A DNA stretch of 64,000 nucleotides from Leptogorgia sarmentosa (lineage: Eukaryota): contig OZ210885.1 of NCBI GenBank assembly GCA_964658305.1, forward strand, positions 26,288,001 through 26,352,000, written 5' to 3'. The first letter of the stretch is position 1; every line of letters begins with the position of its first letter. The position numbers and the translations under genes were made by a program. A model generated the notes under the pieces. The model saw only the letters and a program-made list of their open reading frames with translations. It had not been told where the DNA came from and searched no databases. Shown one piece after another: positions 1 through 18,000 of the stretch.

Positions 1-3000
1 TTAACGATCATGAATATGATTAACGATCATGATTATGATTAGCGGTCATGATTATGATTGTCGATCATGATTATGATTAACGATCATGAATATGATTAAC
101 GATCATGATTATGATTAACGATCATGATTGACGATCATGATTATGATTAACGATCATGATGATGATTGACGATCATGATTATGATTAACGATCATGATTA
201 CGAATAACGATCATGATTATGATTAGCGATGATGATTGACGATCAGGAATTCGATTTACGATCATAATTATGATTAACGATCATGACCATGATTAACGAT
301 CATGATTATGATTAACGATCATGATTATGATTAACGATGATGATTGACGATCATGAATTTGATTAGTTATCATGATTATGATTAGCGGTCATGATTATGA
401 TTGACGATCATGATTATGAATAATGATCATGAATATGATTAACGATCATGATTATGATTAGCGGTCATGATTATGATTGTCGATCATGATTATGATTAAC
501 GATCATGAATATGATTAACGATCAGGATTATGATTAACGATCATGATCGACGATCATGATTATGATTAACGAACATGATTATGATTAACGATGATGATTG
601 ACGATCATGAATTTGATTAACGATCATGATTATAGTTAAAGATCATGATTGACGATCATGATTACGATTAACGAACATGATTATGATCAACGATCATGAT
701 TATGATTAAAGATTATGATCATGATTAATGATCATGATTGTGATTAACGATCATGATTATGATTGACTATCATGATTATGATTAGCGGTCATGATTATGA
801 TTGACGATCATGATTATGATTAACGATCATGAATATGATTAACGATCATGATTATGATTAGCGGTCATAATTATGATTAACGATCATGATTATGGTTAAC
901 GATCGTGATTATGATTAACGATCACGATTATGATTAACGATCATGAATATGATTAACGATCATGATTATGATTAACGATCATGATTACGATTAACGATCA
1001 TGATTATGATTGACAATGATGATTGACTATCAGGAATTCGATTTACGATCATGATTATGATTAACGATCATGGCCTTGATTAACGATCATGATTATGATT
1101 AGCGGTCATGATTATGATTGACAATCATGATTATGATTAACGATCATGAATATGATTAACGAACATGATTATGATTAACGATGATGATTAACGATCATGA
1201 ATTTGATTAACGATCATGATTATGATTAAAGATTATGATCATGATTAATGATCATGTTTGTGATTAACGATCATGATTATGATTAACTATCATGATTATG
1301 ATTAGCGGTCATGATTATGATTGACGATCATGATTATGATTAACGATCATGAATATGATTAAGGATCATGATTATGATTAGCGGTCATGATTACGATTAA
1401 CGATCATGATTATGATTAAGGAACATGACTGACGAGCATGAATTTGATTAATTATCATAATTATGATTAGCGGTCATGATTATGATTGACCATCATGATT
1501 ATGATTAACAATCATCAATATGATTAACGATCATGATTATGATTAGCGGTCATGATTATGATTAACGATCATGAATATGATTAATGATCATGATTATGAT
1601 TAACGATCATGATTGACGATCATGATTATGATTAACGATCATGATTATGATTAGCGGTCATGATTATGATTGACGATCATGATTATGATTAACGATCATG
1701 TATATGATAAAGCATCATGATTATGATTAACGATCATGAATATGACTAACGATCATGATTATGATTAACGATCATGATTGACGATCATGATTATGATTAA
1801 CGATCATGATGAAAATTGACGAACATGATTATGATTAACGATCATGAATATGATTAACGATCATGATTATGATTGGCGGTCATGATTATGATTGACGATC
1901 ATGATTATGATTAACGATCATGAATATGATTACTGATCATGATTATGATTAACGATCATGAATATGATTAACGATCATGATTATGATTAACGATCATGAT
2001 TACGATTAACGATCATGATTATGATTGACGATGATGATTGACTATCAGGAATTTAATTTACGATCATAATTATGATTAACGATCATGACCATGATTAACG
2101 ATCATGATTTTGATTAACGATCTTGATTATGATTAACGATGATGATTGACGATCATGAATATGATTAATTATCGTGATTATGATTAGCGGTCATGATTAT
2201 GATTGACGATCATGATTATGATTAACGATCATGAATATGATTAACGATCATGATTATGATTAACGATCATGATTGACGATCATGATTATGATTAACGATC
2301 ATGATGATGATTGACGATCATGATTATGATTAACGATCATGAATATGATTAACGTTCATGATTGACGATCATGATTATGATTAACGATCATGATTATGAT
2401 TAACGGTCATGATTATGATTGACGATTATGATTATTTTTACGATCATGATTATGATTAACGATCATGAATATGATTAACGATCATGATAATGATTAACGA
2501 TCATGATTACGATTAACGATCACGATTATGATTGACGATGATGATTGACTATCAGGAATTTGATTTACGATCATGATTATGTTTAACAATCATGAATATG
2601 ATTAACGATCATGATTATGATTAACGATCATGAATATGATTAACGATCATGATTATGATTAGCGGTCATGATTATGATTGACGATCATGATTATGATTAA
2701 CGATCATGAATATGATTAACGATCATGATTATGATTAACGATCATGAATATGATTAACGATAATGATTATGATTAACGATCATGATTACGATTAACGATC
2801 ATGATTATGATTGACGATGATGATTGACTATCAGGAATTTGATTTACGATCATGATTATAATTAAAGATCATGACCATGATTAACGATCATGATTATGAT
2901 TAACGATCATGATTATGATTAACGATGATGATTGACGATCATGAATTTGATTAATTATCAAGATTATGATGAGCGGTCATGATTATGATTGTCGATCACG

Positions 3001-6000
3001 ATTATGATTAACGATCATGAATATGATTAACGATCACGATTATGATTAACGATCATGATTGACAATCATGATTATGATTAACGATCATGGTGATGATTGA
3101 CGATCACGATTATGATTAACGATCATGAATATGATTAACGATCATGATTGACGATCATGATTATGATTAACGATCATGATTATGATTAGCAGTCATGATT
3201 ATGATTGACGATCATGATTATGATTAACGATCATGAATATGATTAAGGATCGTGATTATGATTAGCGGTCATGATTATGATTAACGGTCATGATTATGAT
3301 TAACGATCATGATTATGATTAACGATCATGATTATGATTAACGATCATGATTATGATTAACGATCATGATTACGATTAACGATCATGATTATGATTGACG
3401 ATGATGATTGACTATCAGGAATTTGATTTACGATCATAATTATGATTAACGATCATGACCATGATTAACGATCATGATTATGATTAGCAGTCATGATTAT
3501 GATTAACGATCATGATTATGATTAGCAGTCATGATTATGATTGACGATCATGATTATGATTAACGATCATGAATATGATTAAGGATCGTGATTATGATTA
3601 GCGGTCATGATTATGATTAACGGTCATGATTATGATTAACGATCATGATTATGATTAACGATCATGAATATGATTAACGATCATGATTATGATTAACGAT
3701 CATGATTACGATTAACGATCATGATTATGATTGACGATGATGATTGACTATCAGGAATTTGACTTACGATCATAATTATGATTAACGATCTTGACCATGA
3801 TTAACGATCATGATTATGATTAACGATCTTGATTATGATTAACGATGATGATTGACGATCATCAATTTGATTAATTATCGTGATTATGATTAGCGGTCAT
3901 GATTATGATTGACGATCATGATTATGATTACCGATCATGAATATGATTAACGATCATGATTATGATTAACGATCATGATTGACGATCATGATTATGATTA
4001 ACGATCATGATGATGATTGACGATCATGATTATGATTAACGATCATGAATATGATTAACGTTCATGATTGACGATCATGATTATGATTAACGATCATGAT
4101 TATGATTAACGGTCATGATTATGATTGACGATCATCATTATTATTTACGATCATGATTATGATTAACGATCATGAATATGATTAACGATCACGATAATGA
4201 TTAACGATCATGATTACGATTAGCGATCACGATTATGATTGACGATGATGATTGACTATCAGGAATTTGATTTACGATCATGATTATGTTTAACAATCAT
4301 GAATATGATTAACGATCATGATTATGATTAACTATCATGAATATGATTAACGATCATGATTATGATTAGCGGTCATTATTATGATTGACGATCATGATTA
4401 TGATTAACGATCATGAATATGATTAACGATCATGATTATGATTAACGATCATGAATATGATTAACGATAATGATTATGATTAACGATCATGATTATGATT
4501 AACGGTCATGATTATGATTGACGATTATGATTATTTTTACGATCATGATTATGATTAACGATCATGAATATGATTAACGATCATGATAATGATTAACGAT
4601 CATGATTACGATTAACGATCACGATTATGATTGACGATGATGATTGACTATCAGGAATTTGATTTACGATCATGATTATGTTTAACAATCATGAATATGA
4701 TTAACGATCATGATTATGATTAACGATCATGAATATGATTAACGATCATGATTATGATTAGCGGTCATGATTATGATTGACGATCATGATTATGATTAAC
4801 GATCATGAATATGATTAACGATCATGATTATGATTAACGATCATGAATATGATTAACGATAATGATTATGATTAACGATCATGATTACGATTAACGATCA
4901 TGATTATGATTGACGATGATGATTGACTATCAGGAATTTGATTTACGATCATGATTATAATTAAAGATCATGACCATGATTAACGATCATGATTATGATT
5001 AACGATCATGATTATGATTAACGATGATGATTGACGATCATGAATTTGATTAATTATCAAGATTATGATGAGCGGTCATGATTATGATTGTCGATCATGA
5101 TTATGATTAACGATCATGAATATGATTAACGATCACGATTATGATTAACGATCATGATTGACAATCATGATTATGATTAACGATCATGGTGATGATTGAC
5201 GATCACGATTATGATTAACGATCATGAATATGATTAACGATCATGATTGACGATCATGATTATGATTAACGATCATGATTATGATTAGCAGTCATGATTA
5301 TGATTGACGATCATGATTATGATTAACGATCATGAATATGATTAAGGATCGTGATTATGATTAGCGGTCATGATTATGATTAACGGTCATGATTATGATT
5401 AACGATCATGATTATGATTAACGATCATGATTATGATTAACGATCATGATTATGATTAACGATCATGATTACGATTAACGATCATGATTATGATTGACGA
5501 TGATGATTGACTATCAGGAATTTGATTTACGATCATAATTATGATTAACGATCATGACCATGATTAACGATCATGATTATGATTAGCAGTCATGATTATG
5601 ATTAACGATCATGATTATGATTAGCAGTCATGATTATGATTGACGATCATGATTATGATTAACGATCATGAATATGATTAAGGATCGTGATTATGATTAG
5701 CGGTCATGATTATGATTAACGGTCATGATTATGATTAACGATCATGATTATGATTAACGATCATGAATATGATTAACGATCATGATTATGATTAACGATC
5801 ATGATTACGATTAACGATCATGATTATGATTGACGATGATGATTGACTATCAGGAATTTGACTTACGATCATAATTATGATTAACGATCTTGACCATGAT
5901 TAACGATCATGATTATGATTAACGATCTTGATTATGATTAACGATGATGATTGACGATCATCAATTTGATTAATTATCGTGATTATGATTAGCGGTCATG

Positions 6001-9000
6001 ATTATGATTGACGATCATGATTATGATTACCGATCATGAATATGATTAACGATCATGATTATGATTAACGATCATGATTGACGATCATGATTATGATTAA
6101 CGATCATGATGATGATTGACGATCATGATTATGATTAACGATCATGAATATGATTAACGTTCATGATTGACGATCATGATTATGATTAACGATCATGATT
6201 ATGATTAACGGTCATGATTATGATTGACGATCATCATTATTATTTACGATCATGATTATGATTAACGATCATGAATATGATTAACGATCACGATAAGTAT
6301 TAACGATCATGATTACGATTAGCGATCACGATTAGGATTGACGATGATGATTGACTATCAGGAATTTGATTTACGATCATTATTATGTTTAACAATCATG
6401 AATATGATTAACGATCATGATTATGATTAACTATCATGAATATGATTAACGATCATGATTATGATTAGCGGTCATTATTATGATTGACGATCATGATTAT
6501 GATTAACGATCATGAATATGATTAACGATCATGATTATGATTAACGATCATGAATATGATTAACGATAATGATTATGATTAACGATCATGATTATGATTA
6601 AAGATCATGATTATGATTGACGACGATGATTCACTATCAGGAATTTGATTTACGATCATGATTATAATTAAAGATCATGACCATGATTAACGATCATGAT
6701 TATGATTAACGATCATGATTATGATTACGATGATGATAGACGATCATGAATTTGATTAATTATCATGATTATGATGAGCGGTCATGATTATGATTGTCGA
6801 TCATGATTATGATTAACGATCATGAATATGATTAACGATCACGATTATGATTAACGATCATGATTGACAATCATGATTATGATTAACGATCATGATGATG
6901 ATTAACGATCACGATTATCATTAACGATCATGAATATGATTAACGATCATGATTGACGATCATGATTATGATTAACGATCATGAATATGATTGACGATCA
7001 TGATTGACGATCATGATTATGATTAACGATCATGATTATGATTAGTGGTCATGATTATGATTGACGATCATGATTATGATTAACGATCATGAATATGATT
7101 AAGGATCATGATTATGATTAGCGGTCATGATTTTGATTAACGGTCATAACTATGATTAACGATCATGATTATGATTAACGATCATGATTATGATTAACGA
7201 TCATGAATATGATTAACGATCATGATTATGATTAACGATCATGATTACGATTAACGATCATGATTATGATTGACGATGATGATTGACTATCAGGAATTTG
7301 ATTTGCGATCATGATTATGATTAACGATCATGACCATGATTAACCATCATGATTATGATTAACGATCATGATTATGAGTAACGATGATGATTGACGATCA
7401 TGAATTTGATTAATTATCATGATTATGATTCGCGGTCATGATTATGATTGACGATCATGATTATGATTAACGATCATGAATATGATTAACGATCATGATT
7501 ATGATTAGCGGTCATGATTATGATTGTCGATCACGATTATGATTAACGATCATGAATATGATTAACGATCATGATTATGATTAACGATCATGATTGACGA
7601 TCATGATTATGATTAACGATCATGATGATGATTGACGATCATGATTATGATTAACGATCATGAATATGATTAACGATCATGATTGACGATCATGATTATG
7701 ATTAACGATCATGATTATGATTAGCGGTCATGATTATGATTGTCGATCATGATTATGATTAACGATCATGAATATGATTAACGATCATGATTATGATTAA
7801 CGATCATGATTGACGATCATGATTATAATTAACGATCATGATGATGATTGACGATCATGATTATGATTAACGATCATGATTATGATTAACGATCATGAAT
7901 ATGATTAACGATCATGATTATGATTAACGATCATGATTACGATCATGATTATGATTAACGATCATGACCATGATTAACCATCATGATTATGATTAACGAT
8001 CATGATTATGAGTAACGATGATGATTGACGATCATGAATTTGATTAATTATCATGATTATGATTCGCGGTCATGATTATGATTGACGATCATGATTATGA
8101 TTAACGATCATGAATATGATTAACGATCATGATTATGATTAGCGGTCATGATTATGATTGTCGATCATGATTATGATTAACGATCATGAATATGATTAAC
8201 GAGCATGAATATGATTAACGATCATGATTAACGGTCATGATTTTGATTAACGAAGATGATTATGATTAACGATCATGATTATGATTAACGATCATGAATA
8301 TGATTAACGATCATGAATATGATTAACGATCATGATTATAATTAACGATCATGATTACGATTAACGATCATGATTATGATTGACGATGATGATTGACTAT
8401 CAGGAATTTGATTTACGATCATGATTATGATTAACGATCATGACCATGATTAACGATCATGATCATGATTAACGATCATGATTATGATTAACGATCATGA
8501 TTATGATTAACGATCATGATTATGATTAACGATCATGATTATGATTAACGATCATGAATATGATTAACGATGATGATTATAATTAACGATCATGATTACG
8601 ATTAACGATCATGATTATGATTGACGATCATGATTATGATTAACGATCATGATTATGATTAACGATCATGAATATGATTAACGATCATGATTATGATTAA
8701 CGATCATGATTATGATTAGCGGTCATGATTATGATTGACGATCATGATTATGATTAGCCGTCATGATTATGATTGTCGATGATGATTATGATTAACGATC
8801 ATGAATATGATTAACGATCATGATTATGATTAACGATCATGAATATGATTAACGATCATGATCATGATTAACGATCATGATTACGATTAACGATCATGAT
8901 TATTATTGACGATGATGATTGACTATCAGGAATTTCATTTACGATCATGATTATGATTAACGATCATGACCATGATTAACGATGATGATTATGATTAACG

Positions 9001-12000
9001 ATCTTGATTATGATTAACGATCATGTATATGATAAAGGATCATGATTATCATTAGTGGTCATGATTTTGATTAACGGTCATGATTATCATTGACGATCAT
9101 GATTATGATTAGCGGTCCTGATTATGATTGTCGATCATGATTATGATTAACGATCATGAATATGATTAACGATCATGATTGACGATCATGATTATGATTA
9201 ACGATCATGATTATGATTAACGATCATGATTATGATTAACGATCATGATTATGATTAACGATCATGAATATGATTAACGATGATGATTATAATTAACGAT
9301 CATGATTACGATTAACGATCATGATTATGATTGACGATCATGATTATGATTAACGATCATGATTATGATTAACGATCATGAATATGATTAACGATCATGA
9401 TTATGATTAACGATCATGATTATGATTAGCGGTCATGATTATGATTGACGATCATGATTATGATTAGCCGTCATGATTATGATTGTCGATGATGATTATG
9501 ATTAACGATCATGAATATGATTAACGATCATGATTATGATTAACGATCATGAATATGATTAACGATCATGATCATGATTAACGATCATGATTACGATTAA
9601 CGATCATGATTATTATTGACGATGATGATTGACTATCAGGAATTTCATTTACGATCATGATTATGATTAACGATCATGACCATGATTAACGATGATGATT
9701 ATGATTAACGATCTTGATTATGATTAACGATCATGTATATGATAAAGGATCATGATTATCATTAGTGGTCATGATTTTGATTAACGGTCATGATTATCAT
9801 TGACGATCATGATTATGATTAGCGGTCCTGATTATGATTGTCGATCATGATTATGATTAACGATCATGAATATGATTAACGATCATGATTGACGATCATG
9901 ATTATGATTAACGATCATGATTATGATTAGCGGTCATGATTATGATTGACGATCATGATTATGATTAACGATCATGTATATGATAAAGGATCATGATTAT
10001 CATTAGTGGTCATGATTTTGATTAACGGTCATGATTATGATTAACGATCATGATTATGATTAACGATCATGATTATGATTAACGATCATGAATATGATTA
10101 ACGATCATGAATATGATTAACGATCATGATTGACGATCATGATTATGATTAACGATCATGATGATGATTGACGATCATGATTATGATTAACGATCATGAT
10201 GATGATTAGCGGTCATGATTATGATTGACGATCATGATTATAATTAACGATCATGAATATGATTAAGGATCATGATTATGATTAGCGGTCATGATTTTGA
10301 TTAACGGTCATGATTATGATTAACGATCATGATTATGATTAACGATCATGATTATGATTAACGATCATGATTTTGATTAACGGTCATGATTATGATTAAC
10401 GATCATGATTATGATTAACGATCATGATTATGATTAACGATCATGAATATGATTAACGATCATGAATATGATTAACGATCATGATTGACGATCATGAATT
10501 TGACTAATTATCATGATTATGATTAGCGTTTATGATTATCATTGACGATCATGATTATGATTAGCGGTCATGATTATGATTGTTGATCATGATTATGATT
10601 AACGATCATGAATATGATTAACGATCATGATTGACGATCATGATTATGATTAACGATCATGATTATGATTAGCGGTCATGATTATGATTGACGATCATGA
10701 TTATGATTAACGATCATGTATATGATAAAGGATCATGATTATGATTAGTGGTCATGATTTTGATTAACGGTCATGATTATAATTAACGATCATGATTATG
10801 ATTAACGATCATGATTATGATTAACGATCATGAATATGATTAACGATCATGAATATGATTAACGATCATGATTGACGATCATGATTATGATTAACGATCA
10901 TGATGATGATTGACGATCATGATTATGATTAACGATCATGATGATGATTAGCGGTCATGATTATGATTGACGATCATGATTATAATTAACGATCATGAAT
11001 ATGATTAAGGATCATGATTATGATTAGCGGTCATGATTTTGATTAACGGTCATGATTATGATTAACGATCATGATTATGATTAACGATCATGATTATGAT
11101 TAACGATCATGAATATGATTAACGATCATGATTATGATTAACGATCATGATTACGATTAACGATCACGATTATGATTGACGATGATGATTGACTATCAGG
11201 AATTTGATTTACGATCATGATTATGATTAACGATCATGACCATGATTAACGATTATGATTGTGATTAACGATCATGATTATGAGTAACGATGATGATTAA
11301 CGATCATGAATTTGATTAATTATCATGATTATGATTAGCGGTCATGATTATGATTGACGATCATGATTATGATTATGATTAACGATCATGAATATGATTA
11401 ACGATCATGATTATGATTAGCGGTGATGATTATGATTGTCGATCATGATTATGATTAATGATCATGAATATGATTAACGATCATGACTCTGATTAACGAT
11501 CATGATTGACAATCATGATTATGATTAACGATCATGATGATGATTGACGATCATGATTATGATTAACGATCATGAATATGATTAACGATCATGATTGACG
11601 ATCATGATTATGATTAACGATCATGATTATGATTAGCGGTCATGATTATGATTGTCGATCATGATTATGATTAACGATCATGAATATGATTAATGATCAT
11701 GATTATGATTAACGATCATGATGATGATTGACGATCATGATTATGATTAACGATCATGAATATGATTAACGATCATGAATATGATTATCGGTGATGATTA
11801 TGATTGACGATCATGATTATGATTAACGATCATGAATATGATTAACGATCATGATTATGATTAACGATCATGATTGACGATCATGATCATGATTAACGAT
11901 CATGATTATGATTAGCGGTCATGATTATGATTGACGATCATGATTATGATTAACGACCATGAATATGATTAGCGATCATGAATATGATTAACGATCATGA

Positions 12001-15000
12001 ATATGATTAACGATCATGATTATAATTAACGATCATGATTACGATTAACGATCATGATTATGATTGACGATGATGATTGACTATCAGGAATTTGATTTAC
12101 GATCATGAGTATGACTAACGATCATGACCATGATTAACGATCATGATTATGATTAACGATCATGATTATGATTAACGGTCATGATTATGATTAACGATCA
12201 TGATTATGATTAACGATCATGATTATGATTAACGATCATGAATATGATTAACCATCATGATTATGATTAACGATCATGATTATGATTAGCGGTTATGATT
12301 ATGATTGACGATCATGATTATGACTAGCGGTCATCATTATGATTGTCGATCATGATTATGATTAACGATCATGAATATGATTAACGATCATGATTATGAT
12401 TAACGATCATGAATATGATTAACGATCATGATTATGATTTACGATCATGATTACGATTAACGATCATGATTATGATTGACGATGATGATTGACTATCAGG
12501 AATTTGATTTACGATCATGATTATGATTAACGATCATGAATATGATTAACGATCATGATTATGATTAACGATCATGATTACGATTAACGATCATGATTAT
12601 GATTGACGATGATGATTGACTATCAGGAATTTGATTTACGATCATGATTATGATTAACGATCATGACCATGATTAACGATGATGATTATGATTAACGATC
12701 TTGATTATGATTAACGATGATGATTGATGATCATGAATTTGATTAATTATCATGATTATGATTAGCGGTCATGATTATGATTGAGGATCATGATTATGAT
12801 TAGCGGTCATGATTATGATTGTCGAACATGATTATGATTAACGATCATGATTATGATTAACGATCATGATTATGATTAGCGGTCATGATTTTGATTAACG
12901 GTCATGATTATGATTAACGATCATGATTATGATTAACGATCATGATTATGATTAACGATCATGAATATGATTAACGATCATGATTATGATTAACGATCAT
13001 GATTGACGATCATGATTATGATTAACCATCATGATGATGATTGACGATCATGATTATGATTAACGAGGATGATTATGATTAGCGGTCATGATTATGATTG
13101 ACGATCATGATTATGATTAACGATCATGAATATGATTAAGGATCATGATTATGATTAGCGGTCATGATTTTGATTAACGGTCATGATTATGATTAACGAT
13201 CATGATTATGATTAACGATCATGATTATGATTAACGATCATGATTATGATTAACGATCATGAATATGATTGACGATCATGATTATGATTAACGATCATGA
13301 ATATGATTAACGATCATGATTATGATTAACGATCATGAATATGATTAACGATCATGATCATGATTAACGATCATGATTACGATTAACGATCATGATTATT
13401 ATTGACGATGATGATTGACTATCAGGAATTTGATTTACAATCATGATTATGATTAACGATCATGACCATGATTAACGATGATGATTATGATTAACGATCT
13501 TGATTATGATTAACAATGATGATTGACGATCATGAATTTGATTAATTATCATGATTATGATTAGCGGTCATGATTATGATTGACGATCATGATTATGATT
13601 AGCGGACATGATTATGATTGACGATCATGATTATGATTAGCGGTCATGATTATGATTGTCGATCATGATTATGATTAACGATCATGAATATGATTAACGA
13701 TCATGATTGTGATTAGCGATCATGAATATGGTTAACGATCATGATTATGATTAACGATCATGATTACGATTAACGATCATGATTATGATTGACGATGATG
13801 ATTGACTATCAGGAATTTGATTTACGATCATGATTATGATTAACGTTCATGACCATGATTAACGATGATGATTATGATTAACGATCTTGATTATGATTAA
13901 CGATGATGATTGATGATCATGAATTTGATTAATTATCATGATTATGATTAGCGGTCATGATTATGATTGAGGATCATGATTATGATTAGCGGTCATGATT
14001 ATGATTGTCGATCATGATTATGATTAACGATCATGAATATGATTAACGATCATGATTGACGATCATGATTATGATTAACGATAATGATGATGATTAGCGG
14101 TCATGATTATGATTGACGATCATGATTATAATTAACGATCATGAATATGATTAAGGATCATGATTATGATTAGCGGTCATGATTTTGATTAACGGTCATG
14201 ATTCTGATTAACGATCATGATTATGATTAACGATCATGATTACGATTAACGATCATGATTATGATTGACGATGATGATTGACTATCAGGAATTTGATTTA
14301 CGATCATGATTATGATTAACGATCATGACCATGATTAACGATCATGATTATGATTAACGATCATGATTATGATTGTCGATCATGATTATGATTAACGATC
14401 ATGAATATGATTAACGTTCATGACCATGATTAACGATGATGATTATGATTAACGATCTTGATTATGATTAACGATGATGATTGATGATCATGAATTTGAT
14501 TAATTATCATGATTTTGATTAACGGTCATGATTATGATTAACGATCATGATTATGATTAACGATCATGATTATGATTAACGATCATGAATATCATTAACG
14601 ATCATGATTATGATTAACGATCATGATTGACGATCATGATTATGATTAACGATCATGATGATGATTGACGATCATGATTATGATTAACGATCATGATTAT
14701 GATTAGCGGTCATGATTATGATTGACGATCATGATTATGATTGACGATGATGATTGACTATCAGGAATTTGATTTACGATCATGATTATGATTAACGATC
14801 ATGACCATGATTAACGATGATGATTATGATTAACGATCTTGATTATGATTAACGATGATGATTGACGATCAAGAATTTGATTAATTATCATGATTATGAT
14901 TAGCGGTCATGATTATGATTGAGGATCATGATTATGATTAGCAGTCATGATTATGATTGTCGATCATGATTATGATTAACGATCATGAATATGATTAACG

Positions 15001-18000
15001 ATCATGATTGACGTTCATGATTATGATTAACGATCATGATTATGATTAGCAGTCATGATTATGATTAACGATCATGATTATGATTAGCGATCATGTATAT
15101 GATAAAGGATCATGATTATGATTAGCGGTCATGATTTTGATTAACGGTCATGATTATGATTGACGATCATGATTATGATTAACGATCATGATTATGATTA
15201 TGATCAACGATCATGAATATGATTAACGATCATGATTATGATTAACGATCATGATTGACGATCATGATTATGATTAACGATCATGATGATGATTGACGAT
15301 CATGATTATGATTAACGAGGATGATTATGATTAGCGGTCATGATTATGATTGACGATCATGATTATGATTATGATTAACGATCATGATTATGATTAACGA
15401 TCATGAATAAGATTAACGATCATGATTATGATTAACGATCATCATTATCATTAGCGGTCATGATTATGATTGACGATCATGATTATGATTAGCGGTCATG
15501 ATTATGATTGTCGATCATGATTATGATTAACGATCATGAATATGATTAACGATCATGATTATGATTAACGATCGTGAATATGATTAACGATCATGATCAT
15601 GATTAACGATCATGATTACGATTAACGATCATGATTATTATTGACGATGATGATTGACTATCAGGAATTTGATTTACAATCATGATTATGATTAACGATC
15701 ATGACCATGATTAACGATGATGATTATGATTAACGATCTTGATTATGATTAACAATGATGATTGACGATCATGAATTTGATTAATTATCATGATTATGAT
15801 TAGCGGTCATGATTATGATTGACGATCATGATTATGATTAGCGGACATGATTATGATTGACGATCATGATTATGATTAGCGGTCATGATTATGATTGTCG
15901 ATCATGATTATGATTAACGATCATGAATATGATTAACGATCATGATTATGATTAGCGATCATGAATATGATTAACGATCAAGATTATGATTAACGATCAT
16001 GATTACGATTAACGATCATGATTATGATTGACGATGATGATTGACTATCAGGAATTTGATTTACGATCATGATTATGATTAACGATCATGACCATGATTA
16101 ACGATGATGATTATGATTAACGATCTTGATTATGATTAACGACGATGATTGATGATCATGAATTTGATTAATTATCATGATTATGATTAGCGGTCATGAT
16201 TATGATTGAGGATCGTGATTATGATTATGATTAGCGGTCATGATTATGATTGTCGATCATGATTATGATTAACGATCATGAATATGATTAACGATCATGA
16301 TTGACGATCATGATTATGATTAACGATAATGATGATGATTAGCGGTCATGATTATGATTGACGATCATGATTATAATTAACGATCATGAATATGATTAAG
16401 GATCATGATTATGATTAGCGGTCATGATTTTGATTAACGGTCATGATTATGATTAACGATCATGATTATGATTAACGATCATGATTATGATTAACGATCA
16501 TGAATATGATTAACGATCATGATTATGATTAACGATCATGATTACGATTAACGATCATGATTATGATTGACGATGATGATTGACTATCAGGAATTTGATT
16601 TACGATCATGATTATGATTAACGATCATGACCATGATTAACGATCATGATTATGATTAACGATCATGATTATGATTGTCGATCATGATTATGATTAACGA
16701 TCATGAATATGATTAACGATCATGATTATGATTAACGATCATGAATATGATTAAGGATCATGATTATGATTAGCGGTCATGATTTTGATTAACGGTCATG
16801 ATTATGATTAACGATCATGATTATGATTAACGATCATGATTATGATTAACGATCATGATTATGATTAACGATCATGAATATGATTAACGATCATGATTAT
16901 GATTAACGATCATGATTATGATAAGCGGTCATGATTATGATTGACGATCATGATTATGATTAGCGGTCATGATTATGATTAACGATCATGATTATGATTA
17001 ACGATCATGATTATGATTAACGATCATGATTATCATTAACGGTCATGAATATGATAAAGGATTATGATTATGATTAGCGGTCATGATTTTGATTAACGGT
17101 CATGATTATGATTAACGATCATGATTATGATTAACGATCATGATTATGATTAACGATCATGAATATCATTAACGATCATGATTATGATTAACGATCATGA
17201 TTGACGATCATGATTATGATTAACGATCATGATGATGATTGACGATCATGATTATGATTAACGATCATGAATATGATTAACGATCATGATTATGATTAAC
17301 GGTCATGATTACGATTAACGATCATGATTATGATTGACGATGATGATTGTCTATCAGCAATTTGATTTACGATCATGATTATGATTAACGATCATGACCA
17401 TGATTAACGATGATGATTATGATTAACGATCTTGATTATGATTAACGATGATGATTGACGATCAAGAATTTGATTAATTATCATGATTATGATTAGCGGT
17501 CATGATTATGATTGAGGATCATGATTATGATTAGCAGGCATGATTATGATTAACGATCATGATTATGATTAACGATCATGTATATGATAAAGGATCATGA
17601 TTATGATTAGCGGTCATGATTTTGATTAACGGTCATGATTATGATTAACGATCATGATTATGTTTAACGATCATGATTATGATCAACGATCATGAATATG
17701 ATTAACGATCATGATTATGATTAACGATCATGATTGACGATCATGATTAAGATTAACGATCATGATGATGATTGACGATCATGATTATGATTAACGAGGA
17801 TGATTATGATTAGCGGTCATGATTATGATTGACGATGATGATTATGATTATGATTAACGATCATGATTATGATTAACGATCATGATTATGATTAACGATC
17901 ATGATTACGATTAACGATCATGAATATGATTAACGATCATGATTATGATTAACGATCATGATTATGATTAGCGGTCATCATTATGATTGACGATCATGAT

